From: Ignavibacteriota bacterium
Lineage (GTDB): Bacteria; Bacteroidota; Ignavibacteria; UBA10030; SZUA-254
Direction of reading: 5' to 3'
DNA: 64,000 bases
NCBI GenBank assembly: GCA_025358305.1
Contig: JANYJZ010000012.1
Coordinates: 9,022-73,021 of the forward strand
Shown here: one piece after another, positions 30,434-42,518 of the stretch
Layout of the letters: the number at the start of each line of letters is the position of its first letter
How positions within the stretch are numbered: the stretch's first letter is position 1
The notes under the pieces: generated by a model
The model's database searches: none
Told to the model about the DNA's origin: nothing
The model's input: only the letters and a program-made list of their open reading frames with translations
Translations under genes and position numbers: made by a program

Positions 30434-30597
30434 GGACGTACTCCGTGTAAGATCGAACGTGGTGGATTTCGGTGGAACGAGTGTACTATAATTTAGAGAA
30501 AAGAGGGAAAAAGTCAAGCCTTTATTCCTCTTTTCGGGAGAGTTTTACTGAATTATCCGCCGCCTCACTTGGAGGCGCTAGGGAGGGCGGAAAAACG

Positions 30598-31849
<1,252 letters not shown>

Positions 31850-31857
<8 letters not shown>

Positions 31858-33079
31858 AGCGCAAGGCCTCCACGGGATCCATCTTGGCGGCGCGGTATGC
31901 CGGCATGAACCCGGAGGTCAGGCCGACGATGAGCGACACCATGATCGCGATGAAGACGATCGACAGGGGCATCGTCGCCCCGAGATCGAATGCGGAGTTC
32001 ATCAACTGCACGATGATGAACGCCAGAAGGAGTCCGATGAGCCCGCCGATGAGGCAGATGACCGCGGCCTCGATGAGGAACTGCATGAGGATCGTCCGGC
32101 GCCGGGCGCCGATCGCCTTCCGAATGCCGATCTCCTTCGTCCGCTCGGTGACCGAGACGAACATGATGTTCATGATGCCGATGCCGCCGACAAAGAGCGA
32201 CAGCCCCGTGATGAAGAGCCCGATCGCGCCGACGACGAACGTAAACTGCCCGAACGTTTCGGTGAGGATCTCCTGGGAGTTGATGCTGAAGTTGTTGACC
32301 TTGCCGGGGGTGAGCCGCCGGAGCGAGCGCATGATCCCTTCGATCTCGACCTTCGCATCTTCCATCTTCGGGATCTCCGCGACCCTGACGTTGATCGTCA
32401 CGAAGGCGTGGTTGCCGAAATGGCTCTGGAACGAATGGATGGGGACGAACACGCGCGAATCGGTCGTGAACTGGCCGAACATGCCGCCTTGCTTCTCATA
32501 GACCCCGAGGACGGTGTAGGGGAACCCGCCGACCTTCAGCTCCTGGCCGATCGGGTCGGCGTTCGGGAAGATCGTCTCGGCGATCGTCGCCCCGATGACG
32601 CAGACCGGGCGGCCGCCGTTCGACTCCTCGGCGGAGAAGAAGCGTCCGTCGATGTCCTTGTTCCCGGAGGCGTTGTTGTACTGATCGGTCGTGCCGGTGA
32701 CGAACGCGTCCTCGAGCGAATGCTTGCTCGTCGAGACCTTCGCCCTCCGGACAACGACGGGAGCGACGGCCGTCAGGAGCGAGGCTTTGCGCTCCAGGAC
32801 GGGGGCGTACTCGAGCTTCATGTCGGGGCGGTTCCGAATGAGGTCCCAGTCGTCGTTCGACACCCACGGAAATTTCTGGACGTACATGACGTCGGTCCCG
32901 AACGCCTTCGCGCTCCGGTCGAACGCCGCGTTCAGGCCGTCGATGGCGGTCGCCATCCCCGTGACGGCGAAGATGCCGATGATGATCCCCAAGGTCGTCA
33001 AGACCGAGCGCATCTTGTTGCCCCGGATCGCCCGGAAGGCGATGATGAGCCCTTCTTTGAGTTCGGTCAGAAAGTACAT
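31850..33079 (-). CDS. ABC transporter permease, MacB/FtsX family (second, non-identical permease)
   Basis: The 409 aa protein has the same architecture as the previous permease. It overlaps the downstream permease by 8 nt. Confidence 0.85.
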
Positions 33080-33089
33080 AGGCGCCCCC

Positions 33090-33818
<729 letters not shown>

Positions 33819-33868
33819 GACGTCTGCCTTTATGAAGTGCGCTGGTGAATGTTCTCTCGTAACGGGGC

Positions 33869-35134
33869 TTAGGACCCGGTCGCCTTGTTGTCCGGCTTCT
33901 TCTTGTCCTTCTCGATGCGGGCCTTCGCGCCGTCCTCGAGCTCGCGGTTGATGGCCTTGTAGCTGCCGGAGACGACCTCTTTCCCCTCCTCGATGCCGGA
34001 GAGGATCTCCGTGTACTGGTCGTCCGAGATGCCGCGCTTCACTTCCACCGACTTCACGGCGTTGTTGTCGAACAGGAACACGACCTCCTTGGGCTTCTCC
34101 GCCTTCACCTTCGGCTTCACGTCGTTCGCGGCCTGGGCGTCGCCGCCGTCGGACTGCTTCATGTCGCCTTCGCCCATCTTCTTCTGGGAACGCGTCGTCA
34201 CGGACTGGACGGGGACCGCCAGGACGTTCGTCCGGGTCTCGGTCTCGATCGTCGCGGTCATCGACATGCCGGGCCGGAGGATGACGCCTTTGTCCATGAC
34301 GCGGATCTTCACTTCAAAGTTCGTCACCTCTTCCTGGGTGCCGAGGCCCTTCGTTTTCGCGGAGTTCGCGATCTCGTAGACCACGCCGACGAGCTTCTTG
34401 TCGGGAATGGCGTCCACTTCGATCCGGGCGGTGTCGCCGACCGAGATCAAAATGACGTCGTTCTCGCCGACGTCCACCCGGGCTTCCATCCGGGAGAGGT
34501 CCGCGACCGTCATGACGTTCGTGCCCTGGAACTGGCTCGTCCCGAGGACGCGCTCCCCGAGTTCGATGGAGAGCGCGCTGATCGTGCCTTCCATCGGCGA
34601 GTTGATCGTCGTCTTATAGAGGTCCTCGCTCGACTGCTTCAGCGCCGCGGCAGCCTGGTCGTACGACGCCTTCGTCACTTCGTACGAGGTCTTCGCCTGC
34701 TCCAGTTCGGAGTCGGAGATGAGGCCCTTGGTAAAGAGCTCCTTCGCGCGCTTATGCTCGGACTCGCTCCGGTTGAGGCTCGACTGCGCGGAGGTGAGGC
34801 CCGCGTTCGCGCGGTCGCGCATGGCGATGTACGTATCGGGCTTGATCTTCATGAGAAGGTCGCCCTTCTTCACGCGCATCCCCTCCTTCACCGGGAGGGC
34901 GATGACCTCGCCGCTCACCTCGGGCGAGATGACGACCGCCACCTCGGGATAGATCTTCCCGGTCGCGGTCACCGTCTGGGTGATGGTCCGGCGCTGGACC
35001 TTCTCGGTCTCGATGCTGAACACCGGCTCCTTCTTCGAGCTCAGAACGACGATCGCTGCCAGAACCAGGACGGCGGCTATCGCGACCGAAAATATGATGA
35101 TCTTCTTCTTGGACTTCTTACCATTCGTTGCCAT
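33869..35134 (-). CDS. efflux transporter periplasmic adaptor (MacA/RND membrane-fusion-protein family)
   Basis: The 421 aa protein has an N-terminal TM anchor, a lipoyl/alpha-hairpin/beta-barrel layout, and a Lys/Asp-rich C-terminus. Confidence 0.85.
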   Translation of the reverse strand: MATNGKKSKKKIIIFSVAIAAVLVLAAIVVLSSKKEPVFSIETEKVQRRTITQTVTATGKIYPEVAVVISPEVSGEVIALPVKEGMRVKKGDLLMKIKPDTYIAMRDRANAGLTSAQSSLNRSESEHKRAKELFTKGLISDSELEQAKTSYEVTKASYDQAAAALKQSSEDLYKTTINSPMEGTISALSIELGERVLGTSQFQGTNVMTVADLSRMEARVDVGENDVILISVGDTARIEVDAIPDKKLVGVVYEIANSAKTKGLGTQEEVTNFEVKIRVMDKGVILRPGMSMTATIETETRTNVLAVPVQSVTTRSQKKMGEGDMKQSDGGDAQAANDVKPKVKAEKPKEVVFLFDNNAVKSVEVKRGISDDQYTEILSGIEEGKEVVSGSYKAINRELEDGAKARIEKDKKKPDNKATGS

Positions 35135-35158
35135 ACGTTCCCTCCGGGAATGCCGGGA

Positions 35159-36514
35159 TTATTTAGTGATTGTGCCGAGAGCGAACTCGGCCTGTGTTTT
35201 CGAAAGTAAGTAACCGATCACCGCGTTCACCTTGTTCGAGAGCGCGGTCGTGTAGTTCGCGTTCGCGATCAACAGGTCCAGGAGCGTGCCGGCGCCGAGG
35301 TTGTACTTCTCTTCGGCGATCTTCCGGTCCATCTCCGCGGACTGCACGCTCGTCTGCGTCACCATGACCTGCTTCTCCGACGACTCGAGGTCCAGGAGCG
35401 CCTTGCGGATGTCGACGGCGATCTGGCGCCGGGCCTGCTTCAGGTTCTCGTCGGCGTTCCGGCGCGAGACCTGCGCCTGTTCGATCGAGTTTTGGGTCGC
35501 GAACCCGCTGAAGAGCGGCAGGCTCACGTTGAGGCTCACGTTGAGGCCGCGGTTGTCCGTCAATCCGCTCCACTCGTCGTTCGAGTAGCCGAACGAGCCC
35601 GAGGCGCTCACGGTCGGCAGATGGCCGGCGCGGGCGATCGTCACCGAAGCTTCTGCCGCGTTGACGTTCTCGGCCGTGGCGAGGTAATCGGGCCGGCGTT
35701 CGACGCCCGTCTTGACGAGGTCGTCGTAGTTCTTGAACTTGGCGTTCAAGGGGGCGAACTCCGTCGTGTCGATCGCATCGGGGATCCCGGTGACGTCGAC
35801 CTCGTAGTCCCCCTCGAACTCGATGCCGAGGTACGCGACTAGGTCGGCCTTCGCCTTTTCAAAATTGTTCTGGGCTTGGATCAGGGCGAGCTCGTCGCTC
35901 CCGGACTGGACCTGCTGCCGGTAGACGTCGGCCAGGGCGACGGCGCCGACCTTGTTCGATTCGGTGATGCGCTCGAGCTGGCGGGTGCTCCGCTTGAGGT
36001 TCTCCTCGGACACCTTCAGGAGCTGCCAGTTTCGGACGACGTTCAAGTACAATATATGCGTCTGATAGACCGTGTTCTGCTCCGTCCGGGAGAGCGTCAG
36101 CTTCGAGGCGCTCTCGTTCGAGTTCGCCCGGGAGACGTTCGACGTGTTGGCGAACCCGTTGAAGATCGTCAGCCGGGAGCTGATGCCGGCGTTGAAGTTG
36201 TTCGACGCGGAAAAGGAGTTCCCCGCAGGGTAGGTGATCGGGATGCCGTTGACGACCGTCGTCCCGCCGGGGGTGTTCCTCCAGCTCTGACTCCGGGAAA
36301 ACCCGGCGTTTGCGTCCAGGGTCGGCAGGAGGCTCCCCGACGCCGCCGTTGAGGCGGACTGGGAGGCTTCGTAGGAGTTCTGGGCCTCAATGATGCTGAT
36401 GTTCTTTGAAAGTGCGAGATCGACCGCGGATTCGAGGGTAAGGGTCTTCTGCTGCTGCCCGGAGGCAGCCAGAGCAAAGGTGAGGATGAGGAAACACAGA
36501 CGTTTCATAAACAC
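35159..36514 (-). CDS. TolC-family outer membrane efflux protein
   Basis: The 451 aa protein has a signal peptide. It has the two-fold repeated TolC pattern of alternating coiled-coil and beta segments (..LDLALSKN.., ..NLKQARRQIAVDI..). Confidence 0.85.
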   Translation of the reverse strand: MFMKRLCFLILTFALAASGQQQKTLTLESAVDLALSKNISIIEAQNSYEASQSASTAASGSLLPTLDANAGFSRSQSWRNTPGGTTVVNGIPITYPAGNSFSASNNFNAGISSRLTIFNGFANTSNVSRANSNESASKLTLSRTEQNTVYQTHILYLNVVRNWQLLKVSEENLKRSTRQLERITESNKVGAVALADVYRQQVQSGSDELALIQAQNNFEKAKADLVAYLGIEFEGDYEVDVTGIPDAIDTTEFAPLNAKFKNYDDLVKTGVERRPDYLATAENVNAAEASVTIARAGHLPTVSASGSFGYSNDEWSGLTDNRGLNVSLNVSLPLFSGFATQNSIEQAQVSRRNADENLKQARRQIAVDIRKALLDLESSEKQVMVTQTSVQSAEMDRKIAEEKYNLGAGTLLDLLIANANYTTALSNKVNAVIGYLLSKTQAEFALGTITK

Positions 36515-36618
36515 AGCTCCTTAGAATCGATGAATAACAACGAGATAGGAGTCCGAACGAGACTACCCATGGTTAACGATTTGCGGTGAAAAAAGTTACA
36601 ACCGGCGAGAAAATAATG

Positions 36619-38019
36619 TCAGGAGTGTTCGAGGATGACCTGGTCTTTAATTTGAAGCAAAAACGCTAGTGCGCTGTCATGTTCATTGGGGATCTGGCCC
36701 TCCAGAATCGCCTCTTCTATCCTGGTTTTCAGTATGCCGACGAGGATGCCCGGACCGATACCGCAAACCTCCATGATCTCCTCGCCGCGCACCGGGGGCT
36801 GCCAGTTCCGCAAGCGATCCTTCTCCTCGACCTCCTTCATCTTCTGCATGACAATATCGTAATTTTTCAGGTAACGGGCAACCTTTTGGGAGTTCTGGGA
36901 GGTAATGTCCGCGCGGCAGAGTATCATGAGATCGTCGATCTCCGGACCGGTTTCGAAGAGCAAGCGCCGGACGGCGGAGTCGGTCACGACCTCGCTCACC
37001 AAGACCATGGGCCTCAAGTGGAGCCGGACGAGCTTCTCGACGTAGGGGAGGCGCTCCATCGGGAGGCGCATTCGGCGGAAGATCGACTTCATCATCCTCG
37101 CCCCGAGGTCCTCGTGTCCGTGGAAGGTCCACCCTATCCCCTCCTTGAACGCCTTGGTTCGCGGCTTGGCGATATCGTGCGCGAGGGCGGCGAACCGAAG
37201 CCACACGTCGTCGGTTTGGTCGCAGATGTTGTCAATGACCTTCAGCGTATGAAGGAACACATCCTTGTGGTGGTAGTCCTTGCGCTGCTCGACGCCGACC
37301 ATGTCGACGAGCTCCGGAAAGACGAGCTTCGCGAGCCCGGTTGCATAGAGAAGCTTCAGCCCCACCGAAGGCTTCGGCGACGCGAGGATCTTCATGAACT
37401 CTTCGGTGACGCGCTCCTGGGAGACGATCGTGATCCGCTTCGCCATCCTAGCGACCGCGTCCAGGGCGGCCGGGTCGACGGTGAACTGCAGCTGCGACGC
37501 GAAGCGCACCGCCCGCATCATTCTGAGGGGATCGTCGTCGAACGTCTTCGCCGGATCGAGCGGGGTCCGGAGGATCTTCGCCTCCAGGTCGGCGCGTCCG
37601 CCGAACAGGTCGGTGAGCGTCCCCCAGCCCCCTGTGTTGATCGACGCGGCCAGGGTGTTCACCGTAAAATCGCGCCGGCCGAGGTCGCTCGCGAGCGAGG
37701 CGCTCTTGACCGATGGTTTCCGAGACTCCGACGCGTAGCTCTCCTCGCGCGCGGTGACAAACTCGATCTTCCCTGCGTCGAGAGGAAGCATGGCTGTGCC
37801 GAACTTCTCGAAGACGACGACATTCGCATGGAACTCCCGTGCCACCGTCCGAGCGAGCGCGGGACCGTCCCCGACGACGACGATATCGATGTCGGTAACT
37901 TCCTTCCCGAGGAGCCTGTCCCGGACGTAGCCCCCCACGACGTACGCCTCGGCCTTCTCCCGGTCGGCGATCGCGCCGATCTGTTTCAGAAGGTCATTTT
38001 CGAGTTCCATGCGGGTCAC
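36619..38019 (-). CDS. CCA tRNA nucleotidyltransferase / poly(A) polymerase-family protein with HD domain
   Basis: PolyA_pol head motif GGYVRDRLLG..DIDIVV..RRDFTVN, and an HD domain (HHKDVFLHTLKV..HDIAKP). Confidence 0.85.
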   Translation of the reverse strand: MTRMELENDLLKQIGAIADREKAEAYVVGGYVRDRLLGKEVTDIDIVVVGDGPALARTVAREFHANVVVFEKFGTAMLPLDAGKIEFVTAREESYASESRKPSVKSASLASDLGRRDFTVNTLAASINTGGWGTLTDLFGGRADLEAKILRTPLDPAKTFDDDPLRMMRAVRFASQLQFTVDPAALDAVARMAKRITIVSQERVTEEFMKILASPKPSVGLKLLYATGLAKLVFPELVDMVGVEQRKDYHHKDVFLHTLKVIDNICDQTDDVWLRFAALAHDIAKPRTKAFKEGIGWTFHGHEDLGARMMKSIFRRMRLPMERLPYVEKLVRLHLRPMVLVSEVVTDSAVRRLLFETGPEIDDLMILCRADITSQNSQKVARYLKNYDIVMQKMKEVEEKDRLRNWQPPVRGEEIMEVCGIGPGILVGILKTRIEEAILEGQIPNEHDSALAFLLQIKDQVILEHS

Positions 38020-39005
38020 AGGTTCATTTTCTGCTGTTGGATCCGTTCCATGATGTCGTGCGCGATCTGGAGCGCCTGGAGGCCTTCCAGGGCGGTGACG
38101 ACCGTCGGCGTGTCGTCCAGGACCGACCGGGCGAAGAGCTCGAGTTCGTACTTCAGCGCGTTCACCTCTTTGATCTCCGGCTGCTCGTAGACGATCTTCC
38201 GGTGCTTTGCGCCCGATTCGATCTTCCCGAGCATCATCGTCGAGGTGGCCGAGGGGTCGTCCTCGTCGACCAAGCGGAAGACCTCCGCCAGGCCTTCGGA
38301 GAAGTCGACCGAGATGTACGCGTCCTTCTGGAACATCCGCATCTTGCGCATCTTCTTCTGCGAGATGCGGCTCGCGGTGACGTTGGCGACGCAGCCGTTC
38401 TCGAACTGCAGACGCGCGTTCGCGATGTCGAGGTTGTCCGAGACGACGGAGACGCCGTTCGCCTCGATCTTCGCGACCGGAGAGCCGACGAGGCTGAGGA
38501 TGATATCAATGTCGTGGATCATGAGGTCCAGGACGACCGCCACGTCGGTCCCGCGCGGGTTGAACTGGGAGAGCCGGTGCGACTCGACGAACATCGGCCG
38601 GACGTTGTACTTTTCCAGGGCGAGGATCGCGGGGTTGAACCGCTCGATGTGCCCCACTTGGACCTTTACCCGCTTCGCGGCCGACCGGTCGACGATGGAG
38701 CGCGCTTCAGGGATCGTCGTCGTGATCGGCTTCTCGATGAACACGTGGAGGCCCTTCTCGATCGCCTGGAGGGCGATCGCGGCATGCGTCTTGGTGGGCG
38801 TGACGATGCTGACGGCCTTCACGCTAGCGAAGAGTTCGTCGAGCGAACCGAAGGCGCGCGTGCCGCACTCCGCGACGACCGCGGCGGCCCGGGCGGGGTC
38901 CTCGTCGAAGACGCCTGTGAGCTGCACCGAGGGGATATCCGCGTACATCTTCGCATGGAGAGAACCCAGATGCCCTGTTCCGATGACTCCGACCGGCAGC
39001 GTCAT
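38016..39005 (-). CDS. Gfo/Idh/MocA-family NAD(P)-dependent oxidoreductase
   Basis: N-terminal Rossmann GVIGTGHLGSLHAKMY.. and the EKP motif (VFIEKP). Its start overlaps the CCA-enzyme stop by 4 nt. Confidence 0.85.
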   Translation of the reverse strand: MTLPVGVIGTGHLGSLHAKMYADIPSVQLTGVFDEDPARAAAVVAECGTRAFGSLDELFASVKAVSIVTPTKTHAAIALQAIEKGLHVFIEKPITTTIPEARSIVDRSAAKRVKVQVGHIERFNPAILALEKYNVRPMFVESHRLSQFNPRGTDVAVVLDLMIHDIDIILSLVGSPVAKIEANGVSVVSDNLDIANARLQFENGCVANVTASRISQKKMRKMRMFQKDAYISVDFSEGLAEVFRLVDEDDPSATSTMMLGKIESGAKHRKIVYEQPEIKEVNALKYELELFARSVLDDTPTVVTALEGLQALQIAHDIMERIQQQKMNL

Positions 39006-40570
39006 TGTGCCTCCTTCAAGTGAATGTCCGCACTCGCGACCTGGTAGACCGTATAATAGTCCTGCCGCATCTTGAGCAGTCCAATTCGGTAGAACGGCTT
39101 GGAAAAGAGCGGGACGAGCGAAGGGTTCGCTGCGAGCGCGTTCGGCTCCTCGGCCCGGTGGACGACGTAGTTCACGGTGCAGTAGGGGGCATAGAGCCGT
39201 TCATCGGCGATCTGTTTCAGTTCCGCTCCCTCTCGGACGTACGGGATAAGCCCAGGGGTCACCAGTCCCGCGGCGTCGCAGATCCGTCTGTCGGAAAAAT
39301 AGCCGACCGCGCCGATGTCCCACGCGAGAACCCCCTCGTCGGGGCGCGTGTGCTCCTTCAGCCAGTGGCCGATCGAGACGAGCGACGTGTTCATCCCCGA
39401 CTCGAACGCCTCGATGCCCGGCGCGACGATGAGCCGGTAGGTCACCTGGCTCTGGACGACAGTGAGGCCCGCAAAGATGATCACGCCGGCATACGCGAAG
39501 CGCTGGAAGCGCGAGCGCATGAGCGTGCCATAGAGATAGAGATACGCGACCAGCACGAGAAACGGCGTCACCAGGAGCATATATCGCGATACGACCGTGA
39601 CGTTCCTCAGAAGATAGAGCACCGGAAGGGCCGCCGCCCACCCGAGGCCAACGAGGCTTTGGCGAAAATAGAAGAACCGATCCTCCTTGGTCGCCGTCCG
39701 GAGCTTCCTCCAAAGGAGGACGCCGCAAGAGAGAAGGCCCACAACGACCACGCCGTCCGACGCCGCGACGATCGATCCGATGTTCCAGATCCCTCCTTCG
39801 ACCCGGGCAAGGCCCATGCCCGAGGGCGACTTGGCGAGCGCGGTGTTCGGTATGATCGTCCCGAAGTTGATGTAGGCGTAGACGAGCCACGGCGCGAGGA
39901 TCGCCGCATAGACGACCGCGAGCTTCATCGTCAAACCGGCCGCCGAACGCTTGTCATGGGAGTTCACGAAGATGTCGGCGGCGATAAAAAAGACGAACAG
40001 CACCGCCTCCGGCCGGACGAGCGCCAAGAGCGCCGCCATAACGACCGAGAGGAGATACTCGTTTCTCAAGCAGAAGACGAACGCCGCCAGCACGAGAAGA
40101 ACGGAGCACGAGGTCTCCATCCCGCTTCCAGCCCAGCGCAGGAGCCAGATATTCAAGGAGAACGTGAGGGTCGCCAGCATCGCGACGACCATGTCGCGTA
40201 TGAGCTCGTACGCCGCGAGGTAAAAGAGGATGACCGCGCCGCTCGCCATGAGGAGGTCGATCGCCTTCGCGGCGACCGCGAGGTCGATCCGGAGGACGCC
40301 GCCGAGGGCAATGACGAAGAGCCACAAGGGGCTCGTGACGCCGTACGTCGGGTCGCCCGCGTTGAAGGCGACGCCGTTCCCGTGGACGAGGTTCTTCGCG
40401 AACTGGAGGTAGATGAACGTGTCGTCGGGCGTGTACCCGAAATGACCGCTCGCTGTGAAGTAGAACATCAGGACGAGCACCGGCAGGAGCGCCATAAGGA
40501 GCCGCTGTATCCATGCCTGGTCGTTCAAAGGACTCCCGCCCCCTGCTTTCCGGCCATGGGAAGGAGCCAC
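39002..40570 (-). CDS. glycosyltransferase family 39 / ArnT-PMT-like membrane glycosyltransferase
   Basis: A polytopic membrane protein of about 520 aa with PMT_2-like loops. The GTG start at 40570 overlaps the HAD gene stop by 46 nt. An internal ATG at 40495 is an alternative start. Confidence 0.7.
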   Translation of the reverse strand: MAPSHGRKAGGGSPLNDQAWIQRLLMALLPVLVLMFYFTASGHFGYTPDDTFIYLQFAKNLVHGNGVAFNAGDPTYGVTSPLWLFVIALGGVLRIDLAVAAKAIDLLMASGAVILFYLAAYELIRDMVVAMLATLTFSLNIWLLRWAGSGMETSCSVLLVLAAFVFCLRNEYLLSVVMAALLALVRPEAVLFVFFIAADIFVNSHDKRSAAGLTMKLAVVYAAILAPWLVYAYINFGTIIPNTALAKSPSGMGLARVEGGIWNIGSIVAASDGVVVVGLLSCGVLLWRKLRTATKEDRFFYFRQSLVGLGWAAALPVLYLLRNVTVVSRYMLLVTPFLVLVAYLYLYGTLMRSRFQRFAYAGVIIFAGLTVVQSQVTYRLIVAPGIEAFESGMNTSLVSIGHWLKEHTRPDEGVLAWDIGAVGYFSDRRICDAAGLVTPGLIPYVREGAELKQIADERLYAPYCTVNYVVHRAEEPNALAANPSLVPLFSKPFYRIGLLKMRQDYYTVYQVASADIHLKEAQ

Positions 40571-41199
40571 GAGGAGAATTCCCGGACGTCGTGGAACGTG
40601 TCGGTGACGCCGAGGCGCAGGACCTCCGCCTTGCCGTAGGAGTCCCAGAGGACGGAGGCGATCGCGACGCCACTCTCGCGCGCGGCGGTGACGTCGGCGA
40701 CCGCGTCGCCGACCATGAGAGCCTCTTCCGGGGCGATCTTGAACGCGTCAAGGATCAGGCGGATGCCGTCGGGCGAGGGCTTGTGGTTCTGCACGTCGCT
40801 CCCGGTGACGATCTTGTCGAAGTATTTCAGGACGCCGAACTTCTCGAGCGTCGTGATGGTCGACTTCCTCCCCTTCCCGGTGAACATGCCGATGCGCACG
40901 CCCTTGCCCTTCAGGGACCGCAAGAGCTCCGGAATGCCGGCGTGGATCGTCGCCATCTCGTCGTGGTGCTCTTCGTAGAAGCGGTAGAAGTCACTCATCG
41001 CGGCCTTGAGCTGCTCCTTCCCGACGAGCCGCTCAATGGCGATCTCCTCGGGCGGGCCGAACGTGGCGACGATCTGCTGCTGGGTGAAGACCTTTCGGAG
41101 ATACTTACCGATGACATGGTTGAATGTGGCGTAAATCAGCTCATTTGTTTGGCTGACAGTGCCGTCGAGGTCGAATATGACGCAGGAAAATCGTTTCAT
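40525..41199 (-). CDS. HAD-superfamily hydrolase (phosphoglycolate phosphatase-like)
   Basis: Motif I FDLDGT. Motif III lysine and motif IV (GDAVADV) are present. Confidence 0.8.
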   Translation of the reverse strand: MKRFSCVIFDLDGTVSQTNELIYATFNHVIGKYLRKVFTQQQIVATFGPPEEIAIERLVGKEQLKAAMSDFYRFYEEHHDEMATIHAGIPELLRSLKGKGVRIGMFTGKGRKSTITTLEKFGVLKYFDKIVTGSDVQNHKPSPDGIRLILDAFKIAPEEALMVGDAVADVTAARESGVAIASVLWDSYGKAEVLRLGVTDTFHDVREFSSWLLPMAGKQGAGVL

Positions 41200-41319
41200 A
41201 ATGGGAAAAATATACGCAAAAAGCGGTGAAGGAGCAAAGGCGGAAGGATCGGAAAACCCCCTTGGATCCGAGGAGCAATGGGACCCGGCGTGCGAGTGCG
41301 GAAAACGCCCGTATTGCCC

Positions 41320-41348
41320 TTGACAACCGCTGGTCTCTTCGGTACATT
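41320..41348 (+). promoter_or_regulatory. candidate sigma-70 promoter TTGACA-N17-TACATT
   Basis: TTGACA at 41320-41325 and TACATT at 41343-41348. It is upstream of the small hydrophobic ORF at 41422. Confidence 0.3.
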
Positions 41349-41421
41349 ACCTCACAACGTCCAAGGCGAGCTGGGGAGGAAGGTCAAGGGGACGACACCC
41401 GATATTTTCGAGGAGGATTCT

Positions 41422-41520
41422 ATGCGGATACGTCATCCAAGCAGTGTCATGACAACGCTGGGAGTCGCCGCATGCACTCTTCTCATGGTGATAACGCGCG
41501 TTCGGCGCTTCGACGAATAA
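41422..41520 (+). CDS. small hydrophobic peptide (32 aa, one predicted TM helix)
   Basis: MRIRHPSSVMTTLGVAACTLLMVITRVRRFDE is preceded by a strong GAGGAGG RBS 7 nt upstream. The stop falls 12 nt before the next gene. It is the in-frame inner part of ORF 41278..41520. Confidence 0.3.
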   Translation: MRIRHPSSVMTTLGVAACTLLMVITRVRRFDE

Positions 41521-41532
41521 CATAGGACAATC

Positions 41533-41856
41533 ATGAGCGCCCGATTTCAGCAGGTCACTCTTCGCGTCTTTCAGTATACCCTCGCGTTGGTCGTCCTTCT
41601 GCTCAGCATCAAGACCGCGGTGCATAGGATGTTTGATGAGCCGCGCAGCCTCCACACCATCCTCCTTTCCGGTTTCGCGGGATTGGAGGCGTGCGCCGCC
41701 GTCTTCTTCGTGTTCCGGAGCACCATGAAACCGGCCGGATATGCGCTGTTGGGACTCTTTGTCTTTGCGTTCTTCTTCCACGGGTTGCATGGCGACTGGA
41801 ACTTGCCGCTGCTGGTGTTCGCATCTGGTGTGGCCGTGGTGCTCGCACAGCGCTAG
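41533..41856 (+). CDS. small integral membrane protein (3 predicted TM; DoxX-like)
   Basis: A 107 aa hydrophobic protein. It is opposite to the longer but compositionally implausible minus-strand ORF 41347..42033. Confidence 0.5.
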   Translation: MSARFQQVTLRVFQYTLALVVLLLSIKTAVHRMFDEPRSLHTILLSGFAGLEACAAVFFVFRSTMKPAGYALLGLFVFAFFFHGLHGDWNLPLLVFASGVAVVLAQR

Positions 41857-41976
41857 CGATGGAACATGGCTCCGCTTTTGAAGCTCATGACGGCCGTTGC
41901 AACGCTCATTCCTTGACGAACAGGAATCGCAGAGGGCCATCCACACCGCGGCCCGGTTCATAGGAGGATCATCGGG

Positions 41977-42444
41977 ATGAAGACACGACTTGGCGTCCTG
42001 TTGCTGGCGCTCTCTGCGGCGGGATGTCTTCACAAGCCTCTCCCCGAACCGGCATCGGCCGAATACGAGGACTCCTCCACCGGCATCAAATCGTACTCTA
42101 CAGTATGGACCTCAAGTCCAAACGGCACGGTTCCGTACCCCGATGATTCACTCAGGGTGTTCCTGCATAGCTGGTCCGCCTGGTCCGCCGATGTTGTGAG
42201 GCATTCCAGCTCGTACTCGCCTCAAACGGGCCTTTCGTTCAAGGTTCCCCATACCAGCCCGGTGTCGTTCAAATTCGCCTCGTGGGATGGTCGTATCGTG
42301 ACCCGGGCGATCACGGATACGTTGGAGACGGGCAAGTACGTTCTCACGCTCGGACCGCCGAACATCTTGCCGTCCGGTGCGTACATATGGCAGTACCGCG
42401 TCGGCGATTCCACAACCACGCGAAAGTTCCTCATCATGCGGTAG
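41977..42444 (+). CDS. lipoprotein with T9SS-like C-terminal tail
   Basis: Signal peptide and lipobox (LSAAGC). The C-terminus, GKYVLTLGPPNILPSGAYIWQYRVGDSTTTRKFLIMR, resembles a T9SS/FlgD-Ig-like sorting tail. Confidence 0.5.
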   Translation: MKTRLGVLLLALSAAGCLHKPLPEPASAEYEDSSTGIKSYSTVWTSSPNGTVPYPDDSLRVFLHSWSAWSADVVRHSSSYSPQTGLSFKVPHTSPVSFKFASWDGRIVTRAITDTLETGKYVLTLGPPNILPSGAYIWQYRVGDSTTTRKFLIMR

Positions 42445-42518
42445 GTCCAGGAGGCCGCACCTTCGCCGGGCGTTGCCGAGGTAAGGGTCGATGTCGTATG
42501 TATTCGTTTGGAGGAATC

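Noticed and set aside
36679-38190. 503-aa plus-strand ORF (and 38037..39023 +, 39005..40639 +)
   Set aside because: They are antisense to the CCA-enzyme, oxidoreductase and GT39 genes, whose translations carry clear family motifs.
41347-42033. 228-aa minus-strand ORF
   Set aside because: Its translation is His/Arg/Gln-rich and low-complexity. It is antisense to a strongly hydrophobic plus-strand ORF and to the start of the lipoprotein gene, which has a proper signal peptide.
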